A DNA stretch of 55,096 nucleotides from Verrucomicrobiaceae bacterium (GCA_027486335.1 JAIXPK010000571.1:1-55096); one strand, 5' to 3'. Shown: positions 20,013 to 30,088, counted from the first letter of the stretch. Notes: a model not told the origin generated them from the letters alone. Numbers and translations: made by a program.

Positions 20013-22640
20013 TCACGGTCTCGCAAAAAGCGGGCTGGCAATGACCGCCGCGAGCAGGCTCCGTACCCCATAGCCGCCAGGCCGAGCCGCCAGCAGAATC
20101 CGCTCGACTTCCGCTCGGTCCGCAAAGCTGACCTCCGCACCGGTGGCGTAGGTAATGAGATGCCCCGCAAAGGCGCGCGCAAGTTTGTCAGGCTCGGCCG
20201 CGAGTAGAGCGCGGAGTTCGCGGATGTCCTTGAACGGGCTACCATCCGGCATCACTCCAGTGCAGTCGACTGGGCGGTCCACATGATACTCGATGCCGCG
20301 TCCGTGAATCGCCGGGCGCCCTGCGGATCCGGCGGGAGCATTCGGCGCACCGCGCACGCGATAGGCCTCGCGCCACCCGCCCGTGACATCGAAACTCTCC
20401 AGCGCAAACCCATAAGGGTCCATCTTCACATGGCAACCGGCGCAGGTGGCGTTGCGCTTATGTTTCTCCAACTGCTCGCGGATCGTGGTCGCACCCCGAG
20501 TATCCGGCTCGATGGCACCGGCATCCGGCGGCGGCGGGGTCGGGACAATTCCCATGACCTGCTCCATCACGAACGCTCCACGCTTCACCGGAGAAGTCGT
20601 CGTCCCATTCGCCGTGACCTTGAGCACCGCTCCCTGCGTGAGAAACCCGCCACGCACGCTGTCCGGGGGCAGCGGCACACGGCGCAGTTCGAATCCACTA
20701 ACACCATCAATCCCATAATGCCGCGCCAGCGGCTCATTGATCATCGCGAAGTCCGACTGCACAAAATTGGTCACACTGAGGTCCTCGCTCAGAAGTTCCG
20801 CGAAAAACGCACGCGTCTCCGCCAGCATGGATTCCATCAGCCACGGCATGAACTCAGGGTAAAGCTGTTTGTCCGGCGGGTTGCTCTCCAATTCCCTCAT
20901 CCGCAGCCACTGACCCGTGAAATCAGCCACAAAGCGCGCAGACCGCGCATCGCGCAGCATCCGTTCCGTCTGGGCCCGAAGCACGTCCTGCTTCGTTAGG
21001 TCGCCCTTCTCCGCAAGAGCCAGCAGTTCCTCATCCAGGAGCGAGGACCACAACAAGGCACTCAGCCGCGAGGCCACGAGAAACTGTTCCCTCGCCAGCC
21101 CCGGCACGAAAAACTCCGGCGCACTGAGCACCCGACGATACGCCGACTTCATCGCATCCTGAAAATGCGCACCGCCCAGCATCCGCTCGCGCACCAGCGC
21201 GGCGTACGGCTCCACCTCCGCGTCCGCGATCGTCCGGCGAAAAGCCCGCCGCATCAGCGCCGCCAGCAGCCGCCGCGAGTCCTTGTCAGGCTCCGCGCTC
21301 ACGACATGAACCGCCACGCGCTTCGTACCATTCTCGCCATAAATGTCCTCCGGATACGAGCCGTGCATGCCGCGCGGCCACTTCTGCTGCACCGGCTGCG
21401 GCACACCGCTTTCCTTCGTCCAGAGCTGCACCGGCAAATCGCCAAACAATGCCCGCTGGCTCGCCGGCGGCCAGGCGTCGTGCAGCGGGCCCTCGATTTC
21501 AATCCACTCGATGGCCAACCCGGGACACGGGAGCGGCGGCCCTGGCGTGTTCTTGTCATGCGGGAAATCACGCACGTTCTCCAGCGAGGCCATCACGAGC
21601 CGCAGGTTGCTGTCCGTCCCATGCGTGTGCCCGTCGCTTCTCGCGAGCCACATTTCGAATTCCGCCACGCCCGCCTTGTTCGCCGGCAGTCCCTTCGTGC
21701 CAAAATGCTCGCCCGTGCTGTGAATCCCAAGGCCCAACGCGCCCGTCCGATCCGTCGCCACCGCCTTCGTGCCATCCCATGCAAAGCTGTAGCCCGACAC
21801 CCGCACCCGGTGCCGCCCTGACAACACCGGCGCAATGGACGTCAGCGAAAAACGAAAGTCTGCATCCTCGTGGCGGAAGAATCCCAGCGCCGTGGCATGC
21901 GGTTCGTCATCCACCAGCTTCCAGAAACCCTCGTCGCGGAAAGTCGGATCGCGCTCCAGCCCGATGAGCGGCACAAAACTCCGCTGCCCCACACTGAGCA
22001 CCACCGGAGGCTCGGCCTCGCGCCCTTCGTGGCGATTGTTGTCCCACGGACGGTAGCCGTATTTGAAAACCGGCGGCTGCTCCACAAACGCCGGCGTCGC
22101 TTCATTCAAAGCCACATCCACCGCCGCAAGGTAAGCGTCCACATGCACGAACGACACATCCAGCGCCGCCGCCGCGCGGTCAAAGCCATGCGACTTCCCA
22201 TCCGCCGGCAAAACATGCTGCACGCGCAGTCCCGGCAGCTCCACCAGATCGCGCAGCGCATTCTCAAACTCACCGCGCGACATCCGCCGCAGCCCGCCGC
22301 GCCCATCCCTAACCTGACGCGCCGCATCCACTGCCGTAAGTTCCTTCCCCAACGATTCCAGATAACCCGCCGTCGCCACCGCGTCCGGACGCGGCTTGTC
22401 TTTCGGCGGCATCTCTCCGTCACGTATGCGGTCATGCACTTTCACCCACTGCGCAAATGTCTCCGCATCGCTGGAAATAGCGGCCAGCGCCGTCAGATCC
22501 AACCCGCCCTTCTTTGTCTCGGCATCGTGACAGGAAACACAGTGCTCATCAAGAAACTGCCCCGCCTCCGCCGCTGCCAGCGCACCGCATAGCAGCGGCA
22601 AAAAGACGAAACAGGAAAGCAGCGGCAGTCGTGGAGGCAT
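20013..22640 (-). CDS. DUF1592-family cytochrome c protein
   Basis: CVSCH, GEMPP, RRMSRGEFENAL, ASRLSALLWSS, TTSPVKRG, CAGCH; ATG 22640 gives a signal peptide. Confidence 0.92.
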   Translation of the reverse strand: MPPRLPLLSCFVFLPLLCGALAAAEAGQFLDEHCVSCHDAETKKGGLDLTALAAISSDAETFAQWVKVHDRIRDGEMPPKDKPRPDAVATAGYLESLGKELTAVDAARQVRDGRGGLRRMSRGEFENALRDLVELPGLRVQHVLPADGKSHGFDRAAAALDVSFVHVDAYLAAVDVALNEATPAFVEQPPVFKYGYRPWDNNRHEGREAEPPVVLSVGQRSFVPLIGLERDPTFRDEGFWKLVDDEPHATALGFFRHEDADFRFSLTSIAPVLSGRHRVRVSGYSFAWDGTKAVATDRTGALGLGIHSTGEHFGTKGLPANKAGVAEFEMWLARSDGHTHGTDSNLRLVMASLENVRDFPHDKNTPGPPLPCPGLAIEWIEIEGPLHDAWPPASQRALFGDLPVQLWTKESGVPQPVQQKWPRGMHGSYPEDIYGENGTKRVAVHVVSAEPDKDSRRLLAALMRRAFRRTIADAEVEPYAALVRERMLGGAHFQDAMKSAYRRVLSAPEFFVPGLAREQFLVASRLSALLWSSLLDEELLALAEKGDLTKQDVLRAQTERMLRDARSARFVADFTGQWLRMRELESNPPDKQLYPEFMPWLMESMLAETRAFFAELLSEDLSVTNFVQSDFAMINEPLARHYGIDGVSGFELRRVPLPPDSVRGGFLTQGAVLKVTANGTTTSPVKRGAFVMEQVMGIVPTPPPPDAGAIEPDTRGATTIREQLEKHKRNATCAGCHVKMDPYGFALESFDVTGGWREAYRVRGAPNAPAGSAGRPAIHGRGIEYHVDRPVDCTGVMPDGSPFKDIRELRALLAAEPDKLARAFAGHLITYATGAEVSFADRAEVERILLAARPGGYGVRSLLAAVIASPLFARP

Positions 22641-22796
22641 TGGGAAGGTGATACACCACAAGAACGCGATCTGCCTGTACTCCTTTGTGTAACCCGCTCG
22701 CACCTCCCTCAATCGTCGCACTGCCATTCCACCGGCGAGCTCGCCGGTAACCTCTCCGCTGCCCTTCATCATCCGGGCGAAAACAATTCCCGCCGC

Positions 22797-22816
22797 CTGT
22801 CACGCTCATGTCATCT
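22797..22816 (+). promoter_or_regulatory. OmpR/PhoB-type direct-repeat box CTGTCACGCTCATGTCATCT
   Basis: TGTCA half-sites 11 bp apart, 22 bp upstream of ATG 22839; 18/20 identical to the box at 17872-17891. Confidence 0.7.
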
Positions 22817-22838
22817 TCGCCGCGCAGGATGGGTGCGC

Positions 22839-25232
22839 ATGAAGACGCTAAAATCCCTTGCCCTTCTCTTTGCCGCCGCGTTCCCCGCCAACGCATTCTC
22901 CCAATCCGCCGGTGCCGCGCCATGCTGCACCGTGCAGGCGGTCGGCGGACGCTCCGCCGTCGATTCCGGCCGATGGAGCTCGCCAGCAACATGGGGCGGC
23001 ACGCTGCCCGCAGCCGGTGCGCGTGTCTCCATCCCGGCAGGAATGGATGTCGTCCTCGATACCAATCCTCCGGCCCTCAAAGCGCTGTTCGTGGAAGGAA
23101 AGCTCCGCATTGCGCCACGCGATACGCAACTCGCAGCGGACTGGGTCATGATTCACGGCTTGTTCGAGGCCGGCACCGCCGCCTCGCCCTTCAAGCATCG
23201 CCTCACCATCACGCTGAATGGGAAGAACAAGACAGAGAACGTCGTCTGCTCGGGCATGCCCATGGGCGCAAAATTCGTGAGCGTGATGAACGGCGGTCGC
23301 CTCTCGCTGCACGCCCCGCCAGCCACAGCGTGGTCCCGCCTCGCGGCTGACACGACTCCCGGTGCGCGACAGATCATCGTCGCGGACGCGCGTGGTTGGC
23401 AGCCCGGCGATACGATCGTGATCGCCCCGCGCGTCGCCAAGCGCGGGCAGACGGAGAAGCGCGTGCTCCTCGCAGTGAACGGCAGCACGCTCACACTCGA
23501 CAAGTCACTGAGTTTTCACCACAGCGGCACCATGCCAGTAGTCGACGGTCGAACCCTCGACATGCGCAGTGAAGTCGGACGGCTCGATCGTCGCATCGTC
23601 ATCCAGGGCGACGCCGACTCGACAAACCTCAAATTCGGCGGACACGTCATGATCATGGCCGGTGGCTCGGCACAGGTGGACGGTGTCGAACTTCGCCGCA
23701 TGGGCCAGTTCAACAAGCTCGGACGCTACCCCTTTCACTGGCATCTCCTCGGCGATGCCCCCGGCCAATACCTTCGCAATTCCTCCGTTCATTCATCATT
23801 CCAACGAGGCGTGGTCATCCACGGCACTCGGCAGACGCTGGTGGAAAACAACGTCGTCTTCGACACTCCCGGCCACAACTACAGCATCGAAGACAGCACC
23901 GCGACGGACAATCTTCTCCATAACAATCTGGCACTCGAAAACCGCGTCATCAGCCTCACGGAGGCAACCCTGCGCGAACAAGGTGACAATCAGGCCGCCA
24001 ACTTCTGGATTCGCTCGGCGCGCAACACTTTCACCGGAAATGTCGCCGCGGGCTCCATGGCGAATGGCTTCTGGTACGACCAGGTGACCGACGGCCCAAC
24101 GGTCTTCCGCGGCAATACCGCCCACTCCGGCTACGCCCTCAGTATCCTCACCGACTTCGTCCGCGACGCCGGCCTGCTCGTGACGAACGTCGGTGAGCAT
24201 CGGCTCGAGTTCAGCGACTCGCTCTTCTATCAGAACGTGAACGGAATCTGGCCAAACGAAAACGGCGCGATGAACTTCAAAAACATCGCCTTTGCCGACC
24301 ACTGGCGCGGACCGGCGATGACCATGGATACGGTCGGCGAGAACACGGTCTTTGAAGACAATCTCTTCGTCGGCAAAACACGCGAGCCAGTGAAAGGCGA
24401 GGTCAACAGCACCGACTCTCAGAGCGTGCCGCCCGCCATGCTCATCCAGTACAGCGGCCTCGCCGACGTCCGAAACCCGGTCTTCGCTAACTACGGAGAC
24501 TCGTCGCTCCTCAGTGCGAACGACATCCTTCTCGAATGGCAGGCACAGTTTTTCCTCAGCGGCGTACGGCTCATCGGTACAGCCCCGGGCGGACGCAGTT
24601 TTCACGAACAAACCCTCACCACTCTGCTCGACACATCGTACGGCCAGCCCCCCGGAACCTATGTCTTTAACAAGCATCCACAGCTCGCGCCCGCGGACAG
24701 TCAGGCGGTAATCCTCGGCGAAGATGGAGAAACCTATTTGAGAATGCCGGAACGATTTGGCTACTCACTGCTGCGCACGGAAGTGCTCGGCGGCGACTAC
24801 TTTTCGCAAAGCTGGCACCAGCCCGGATTCCAAGCGCTGCGCAGCGACGGGATGCGCTTCACCGATGGCGAGAACGATCAGTTCATTGACGGCTTCTGTG
24901 TCATCTGCGGCGGGCGCTATCGCTACGCGCTGGAACAGGCGCCGCCGACAGCGACGTTCTTCGTGCGACTCGACGACATGGGCCCGCACATGCCCGCAGG
25001 CATCGCGCAGTCCGTCATCTTTTCCATCCCGCTCGACGCCGCGCCAAAGAGCGTCGCCCGCATCGATGAATTGAACGATGAAACCATTCCCGCCCCACCC
25101 GCCGCCCGGCTCACCGCCGCGCCAAGCATGGCCGCGTTCTCCGCAACCCCGCACGCCAGTTACTTCTATGATCCCGCCGCCCGCCGCCTGCACCTCCAGG
25201 CCGACGCCCGCTGGCTCGTCATTTCACGCTGA
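22839..25232 (+). CDS. secreted G8-domain + parallel beta-helix protein (CEMIP/TMEM2-like architecture)
   Basis: SGRWSSPATWGG...VSIPAG...VVLD (G8); EVGRLDRRIVIQG; FGGHVM; MGQ...LGRYPFHWH; RGVVIHGT; GNVAAGS. Confidence 0.88.
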   Translation: MKTLKSLALLFAAAFPANAFSQSAGAAPCCTVQAVGGRSAVDSGRWSSPATWGGTLPAAGARVSIPAGMDVVLDTNPPALKALFVEGKLRIAPRDTQLAADWVMIHGLFEAGTAASPFKHRLTITLNGKNKTENVVCSGMPMGAKFVSVMNGGRLSLHAPPATAWSRLAADTTPGARQIIVADARGWQPGDTIVIAPRVAKRGQTEKRVLLAVNGSTLTLDKSLSFHHSGTMPVVDGRTLDMRSEVGRLDRRIVIQGDADSTNLKFGGHVMIMAGGSAQVDGVELRRMGQFNKLGRYPFHWHLLGDAPGQYLRNSSVHSSFQRGVVIHGTRQTLVENNVVFDTPGHNYSIEDSTATDNLLHNNLALENRVISLTEATLREQGDNQAANFWIRSARNTFTGNVAAGSMANGFWYDQVTDGPTVFRGNTAHSGYALSILTDFVRDAGLLVTNVGEHRLEFSDSLFYQNVNGIWPNENGAMNFKNIAFADHWRGPAMTMDTVGENTVFEDNLFVGKTREPVKGEVNSTDSQSVPPAMLIQYSGLADVRNPVFANYGDSSLLSANDILLEWQAQFFLSGVRLIGTAPGGRSFHEQTLTTLLDTSYGQPPGTYVFNKHPQLAPADSQAVILGEDGETYLRMPERFGYSLLRTEVLGGDYFSQSWHQPGFQALRSDGMRFTDGENDQFIDGFCVICGGRYRYALEQAPPTATFFVRLDDMGPHMPAGIAQSVIFSIPLDAAPKSVARIDELNDETIPAPPAARLTAAPSMAAFSATPHASYFYDPAARRLHLQADARWLVISR

Positions 25233-25276
25233 TTCAATCGACCGCATGGTGCAGGGCAGCCGGGAATTCATTGGCA

Positions 25277-26563
25277 TCACGCGAACTCAAGTCCTCGCAA
25301 TGTACCGGAGGCACCCGCAAAGCTCCCGGCTTCGAGACCCATGCGTTGCAGCAGCGAAACGTAGAGTGTCGCAAGGTTCTGATTGCTCTTCCGGTCGAAG
25401 GCGAGGTGCTGGCCGTGCTTGAAACCGCCACCCGCGAGCAGCACCGGAAGATTGTCGTTCGAGTGCGCATTGGCGCTTCCCATGTTAGTCCCGAAAAGCA
25501 CCGACGTGTTCTCCAGCAACGCAGCGCCATTCTCCTCAGCGCGGCGCAGGCCGCCGAGAAAGCCAGCGAGCGCCCGAAATTCCGCCTCTTCGATCTTCCG
25601 CAATTCAGAGATCGTTTCCTCGCGGCCGCCGTGATGGGTGAGTTCGTGGATGTTCGACTTCACACCAGGAATGGTTCTCGGCGTCACACTCGCAAGGCTG
25701 ATGCAGAGTGTCACGATGCGCGTAGCGTCCGTTTCCAGCGCGAGGCGCGCGAGATCGAGCATTGATTCCAGATGCGCCGGCAGATCGTTCCGGTCCTCAA
25801 TCTCCTTCGGCTGCGGCACGGTGGTCTTCGGCTTGGGAACGCTCAGCCAGCCCTCGGCGGCCGCCAGTCGCTTTTCAGCATCGCGCACCGCAGCAGCAAA
25901 CTGCTCCAGTCGGTCGCGGTCAGCGGCACTCACGTTCTGCTGGAGCCTCTTGTATTGCCCATGCAGTCCATCAAGCAGGCTGCGATCCTCTTTGAGGCGG
26001 AGCACCGCCGCCGCTTTGCCTTCGGCAGAATCCTCAGCAAAGAGCTGCTGATAGAGCTTCACCGGACTGGATATCGGCGGAATCATCGACCCACTGCGCG
26101 TCCAAGACAGACTGAGATTGTCAGAGCCAACCATCAGCGGAAGCGAGGGAAATCGCGTGGCCGCGCCAAGCTGCTCCGCCATCACCTGGTCAAGCGAAAT
26201 ACTGTTCTTGAAGGATCCACGACTCGCGCCCGGCGCGCCCGTGAGAAAACTCATCTCCGCCGCGTGCCCGCCATCCACGCCCGGCAGCGAAACGCCCGAA
26301 AGCACGGTCAGGTCCGCCCGGTGATCCTTGAGAATATCAAGATAGGGCGTCCCGCCATAATCGCGCCCGGCCTGCTCCGGAAAGAAAAACTGCGGCAGGA
26401 TTCCCTGATTCGTCATCAACCCGACAAATCGCCGCGGCACCGGCGGCGCAGCAGCCGCTCCCAGCCGCGGCGACATGCTCTCAAGAATCGGCAGCGCAAG
26501 CGTCACACCTGAGGCACGCAGGAAATGTCGGCGGCTCAGCGGGGTGCGGGTCACGATGTTCAT
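25277..26563 (-). CDS. DUF1552 protein, Tat signal
   Basis: LSRRHFLR, ALPILESM, NSISLDQ, HELTHHG, GSANAHSNDNLPVLLAGG. Confidence 0.92.
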   Translation of the reverse strand: MNIVTRTPLSRRHFLRASGVTLALPILESMSPRLGAAAAPPVPRRFVGLMTNQGILPQFFFPEQAGRDYGGTPYLDILKDHRADLTVLSGVSLPGVDGGHAAEMSFLTGAPGASRGSFKNSISLDQVMAEQLGAATRFPSLPLMVGSDNLSLSWTRSGSMIPPISSPVKLYQQLFAEDSAEGKAAAVLRLKEDRSLLDGLHGQYKRLQQNVSAADRDRLEQFAAAVRDAEKRLAAAEGWLSVPKPKTTVPQPKEIEDRNDLPAHLESMLDLARLALETDATRIVTLCISLASVTPRTIPGVKSNIHELTHHGGREETISELRKIEEAEFRALAGFLGGLRRAEENGAALLENTSVLFGTNMGSANAHSNDNLPVLLAGGGFKHGQHLAFDRKSNQNLATLYVSLLQRMGLEAGSFAGASGTLRGLEFA

Positions 26564-26743
26564 GCCGAAACATGCGCCTCAATGCGCCAACCTGCACCCG
26601 GTTTTCACTGCCCGTTCGAGTAGTGTCTCTCAGTGCGCCCCTCAATCTCGTATGGCTTGGGATGCCCCCCCTTGCTGCCGCGTCCGCCGACGGCAACGCA
26701 ATTCATCTCGCCGCTCACCTCTGAGGCAGGAAGGATCGCCCAA

Positions 26744-28639
26744 TCACTGACCAAGCGTGATGGGATTAGCCGCTTCAAGTGCCAGCGCGGCTTTGCGCCG
26801 CTGTTCGATGGCGGCGCGGACGGTTGGCAGTGACGTCGCGATGTAAACGGCATCCCGGCTTTGGGTGTCATCAATGACCACTCCGTCTCCGGCGCGATGC
26901 CACTTCGTCTCATGAATGCCGTCGGCGTCCACGCGGAACACATCATCCGCACCACGGAGCCATGGAGGAAGCGCGAACGTGAACTGAACGGCGCGCGGCG
27001 GGCCGAACTTGAACACCTTTTCCTTCTCGTCGGCAATGTAGGCAGTGTCATTAGCAAATAGCACCGCAGCATCGGGCGCTGCAATCGACGCAAGATCCCA
27101 GTCGGGCGAACCATCGCGGGTGCGGCGCTCGAATCGATACGCATCGCCTTCGAGCAGAAATGGTTCGAGCATGCGGATCTCCCGGCCAATCCGGCTGATG
27201 GGTTCCCAAGTGTCAGGAAACTTGAGTAGCGATTTCTGGCTGAGGTTGAACCAATAAAGCGAGGTGATGCCGGTGGAAATGGCGTGCATCGCCTGAGCCC
27301 GCAATTCGTCTGGTGTCGGCGCGCGCCGGGACCTTCCGCCGTCAAGCCAGCCACCACGCCATCCGTCGTGGGGGCCCTGGGACCAAGCGGCGCAGGGTGC
27401 CGGGCGATTGAGCTCACGCAACGAACGACACAGGTCGCCGATGGTCTCCAGTGGTGCACCCCAGCGGATCCGGCGCCCGCCCCATCGATCGTATCCGGAC
27501 CATGCGTCCGCTGCAGGTGCGACCACACGATACGCATCAAAGTGTGGATAGTCGGATAGCCCCGCATACCACCGCCACGTGCGCTCGTCGCTGAGGGTGA
27601 CCGAGGTGGCGAGGCGACTGATTCGATATGGCAGCAGCTTGTCGAAAACCTCTTGAGGTGCCATGGCCCTGCCTCCCCCGAACTGAGGTTCGCCAAGAAA
27701 CTCGACGGCGTGGATCTTCGGCAGCCATTCATCCGTGTCCCATTTCTCCAGCGGCCAGAGGCGGTTGAAGAGCTTGAGTGGATAGCGGTCGTAAAGCGCC
27801 GGGTTGTCCGTGTAGCCCGCGATGTGATCAATCTGCCCTGCGTTCACGTGCAGATGACTCAGGAGCTTGAGATAGGGTTCGCTTGTGAGCGCATCATTCA
27901 CCCAGCCTCCGCTGATGTCGAAGGTCTCCCGTTTGATCCTCAGATGCGCCCAGAGCGGACCGGCAGTGGTGCCGAGTTCCAGCGCGGCGAATGTAAGCGG
28001 CAGTTTCGGGACGCGCAGCCTGATGAATCCTTTCTCGCCCGGCGGCACGATCATCGATACCGTCACCGGATTCTGTGGCCAGAGCACCTGCCTCTCGGTT
28101 CCGGCTTTCGGCAGCCAGAGGCGCAGCGACGTCGCCTTCAGTTCCTGCGCAGATTCGTTGGCAACGTGCAACACAATGGTGTCCGGCCGAACCGATTCAT
28201 CGCTGGAGAGAAAGGTCACCGCGGAAATCCAGTGCTGCGGAGCGGTCACTGGGATCGTCACCTTCCCTAGCCCCTCCGCCGCAAGGTCGAATGCTTGTCC
28301 CGGACCCCAGCGGGACGTGCGGCCATTGAAGGACCAAACGCTGAGTGCCCCCTCCTGCCCCCGCACCGCAGTGCCGAGGTCGTGCCAAGCCCACTCACCG
28401 GTCGCCAGCAATTCGGCAGGCGTGCGGCCGTCAAACCTTGCAGGCCCAGCCGGCCCTTTGACATAAATCTGCACCCGCGCAGAAAGGTCAGGGTCTCGCG
28501 GACTGCGGTAACGCATCGACTCCACTATCCCGTGCGGGATGACCGAGGTGCCTGCGACCTCAGCAGCGCACCCTGACGAGACCGCAAAGCCCAGAGCAAT
28601 CGACGCAAGGAGCAGACGGGGCAGAGAAAGAACGTTCAT
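26744..28639 (-). CDS. secreted hypothetical protein, possibly with a glycoside-hydrolase-like C-terminal barrel
   Basis: 631-aa ORF with signal peptide, Trp-rich; no family confidently recognised. Confidence 0.7.
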   Translation of the reverse strand: MNVLSLPRLLLASIALGFAVSSGCAAEVAGTSVIPHGIVESMRYRSPRDPDLSARVQIYVKGPAGPARFDGRTPAELLATGEWAWHDLGTAVRGQEGALSVWSFNGRTSRWGPGQAFDLAAEGLGKVTIPVTAPQHWISAVTFLSSDESVRPDTIVLHVANESAQELKATSLRLWLPKAGTERQVLWPQNPVTVSMIVPPGEKGFIRLRVPKLPLTFAALELGTTAGPLWAHLRIKRETFDISGGWVNDALTSEPYLKLLSHLHVNAGQIDHIAGYTDNPALYDRYPLKLFNRLWPLEKWDTDEWLPKIHAVEFLGEPQFGGGRAMAPQEVFDKLLPYRISRLATSVTLSDERTWRWYAGLSDYPHFDAYRVVAPAADAWSGYDRWGGRRIRWGAPLETIGDLCRSLRELNRPAPCAAWSQGPHDGWRGGWLDGGRSRRAPTPDELRAQAMHAISTGITSLYWFNLSQKSLLKFPDTWEPISRIGREIRMLEPFLLEGDAYRFERRTRDGSPDWDLASIAAPDAAVLFANDTAYIADEKEKVFKFGPPRAVQFTFALPPWLRGADDVFRVDADGIHETKWHRAGDGVVIDDTQSRDAVYIATSLPTVRAAIEQRRKAALALEAANPITLGQ

Positions 28640-28660
28640 GGATGATCTCTCCGCCCGAAA

Positions 28661-30088
28661 TCACTGCCGCCCATGCCTGTACACCCAAACGCGGTCAGTC
28701 ATGCCTCCGTGCACCACCAGCACATTCAGTCGCGGGTCGAAGTATCCCTTCGGCTGAGCCCAGTACTTTCCGGCTCCATAGTCCGACGGCGGACAACCGT
28801 CACCAACCGGCGTCACCAGTTCCCACTGATTCGTCGTCAGTGAAAACACCGCCACCCTGCCCTCCTTATTGCCGTCCGTCAGCAGAAACACATCGCTCAC
28901 ACTGTCGTAGGCGAACATGGTCTTCGCATCGTGACACTCCATCGGAATGGCATCATTGAGCCGCGACCACTCATTCTTCACAACATGATAGGCAAAGGTC
29001 GAGGTTCCGATCACCGCGACCATCGTTTTGTGCTTGGGGCTGTAAGCCGTTTGCTGTTCCTCGGTCGGAGCCACCTTGTCCCGAAGCACCAGCGTGTCGA
29101 TCTTCTTCCCGCCATTGGGCTTGAGTTCCGTCCACTCATTGCTCACCACGTCCCACGACCACATCCCATAGGCATGCGGCGAAACATTCTGCGCAGCCAC
29201 GTAATAGATCACCCGTTTCAGCTCGGGAATATAGCACATCGTTGCCCCCATTCCCTCCATGTCCGGCATCGCACCACTCTTCGGGCGCTTGTGAATGATC
29301 CACTGCTTCTTGTCAGGATCGAACATCCAGATACTGCTGTAGGACTTGTCAATCTTCCGGTCGACCTCCGTCAGCGGAACCCCCGTGTACAGGCTCTCCA
29401 GCACCGCCGAATCCGTCGGCGACGCCCCCGTCCCATGAATCATCACGCGCCGATTCGGTTCGTAAACCAGCGTGTCCCACGTATGCACCGGCAGGATCGG
29501 CCCGCCGTGTGTCGTCGTGAAGTAACCGTCCTTGAGCACCACGTTCGCCTTCCACCACGGACGAACTTCCTCAAACCGTTTCCTCTCCTCCGCCGTCATC
29601 GTCGCATCCGGATTCGCCCGCAGCCGTCTCGCTAGGAAAAGCAGCACATCCTTCATCGGCCCGTGATTCCCCCCATCAGGCTCAAAGATCATGTGCCACG
29701 TGTTCGATCCAAGATGGTACTCCCAGACGTCGTTGGACCGGATCGTCTGATGATCGCCCCCATGATAAAGCGCCGTCTGCCGCTCAGGAGCGTACGCCAT
29801 CCGCATCGTGTACCCACGCGTCACCGGGCCAACGGTCTGACACCCGTAAATGTCACTCTTCGCATCAACCTTGAACTTCGGAAGCGCTAGCGCCGTCCGG
29901 TCCCCAAGGCCCGCAATCGCCTGAATCACCGCCGGTTCATCAACATACGGCAACCGCCCTTCCTTCGGCCCCTCCGCCATCACCATCGCCCCGCTGACAA
30001 TCAGGGAATGACATACCCCCGCAAGAATCGCGCGAGCCAGCCCGCCGCGGTGCACACGTTCCAGCTTTGTGAATAGGATTGCCCTCAT
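28661..30088 (-). CDS. secreted Kelch-like beta-propeller protein
   Basis: Repeated NDVWEYHLGSNTW / IWMFDPDKKQW / WSWDVVSNEW / FAYHVVKNEW blades; start at 30088 is uncertain. Confidence 0.7.
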   Translation of the reverse strand: MRAILFTKLERVHRGGLARAILAGVCHSLIVSGAMVMAEGPKEGRLPYVDEPAVIQAIAGLGDRTALALPKFKVDAKSDIYGCQTVGPVTRGYTMRMAYAPERQTALYHGGDHQTIRSNDVWEYHLGSNTWHMIFEPDGGNHGPMKDVLLFLARRLRANPDATMTAEERKRFEEVRPWWKANVVLKDGYFTTTHGGPILPVHTWDTLVYEPNRRVMIHGTGASPTDSAVLESLYTGVPLTEVDRKIDKSYSSIWMFDPDKKQWIIHKRPKSGAMPDMEGMGATMCYIPELKRVIYYVAAQNVSPHAYGMWSWDVVSNEWTELKPNGGKKIDTLVLRDKVAPTEEQQTAYSPKHKTMVAVIGTSTFAYHVVKNEWSRLNDAIPMECHDAKTMFAYDSVSDVFLLTDGNKEGRVAVFSLTTNQWELVTPVGDGCPPSDYGAGKYWAQPKGYFDPRLNVLVVHGGMTDRVWVYRHGRQ

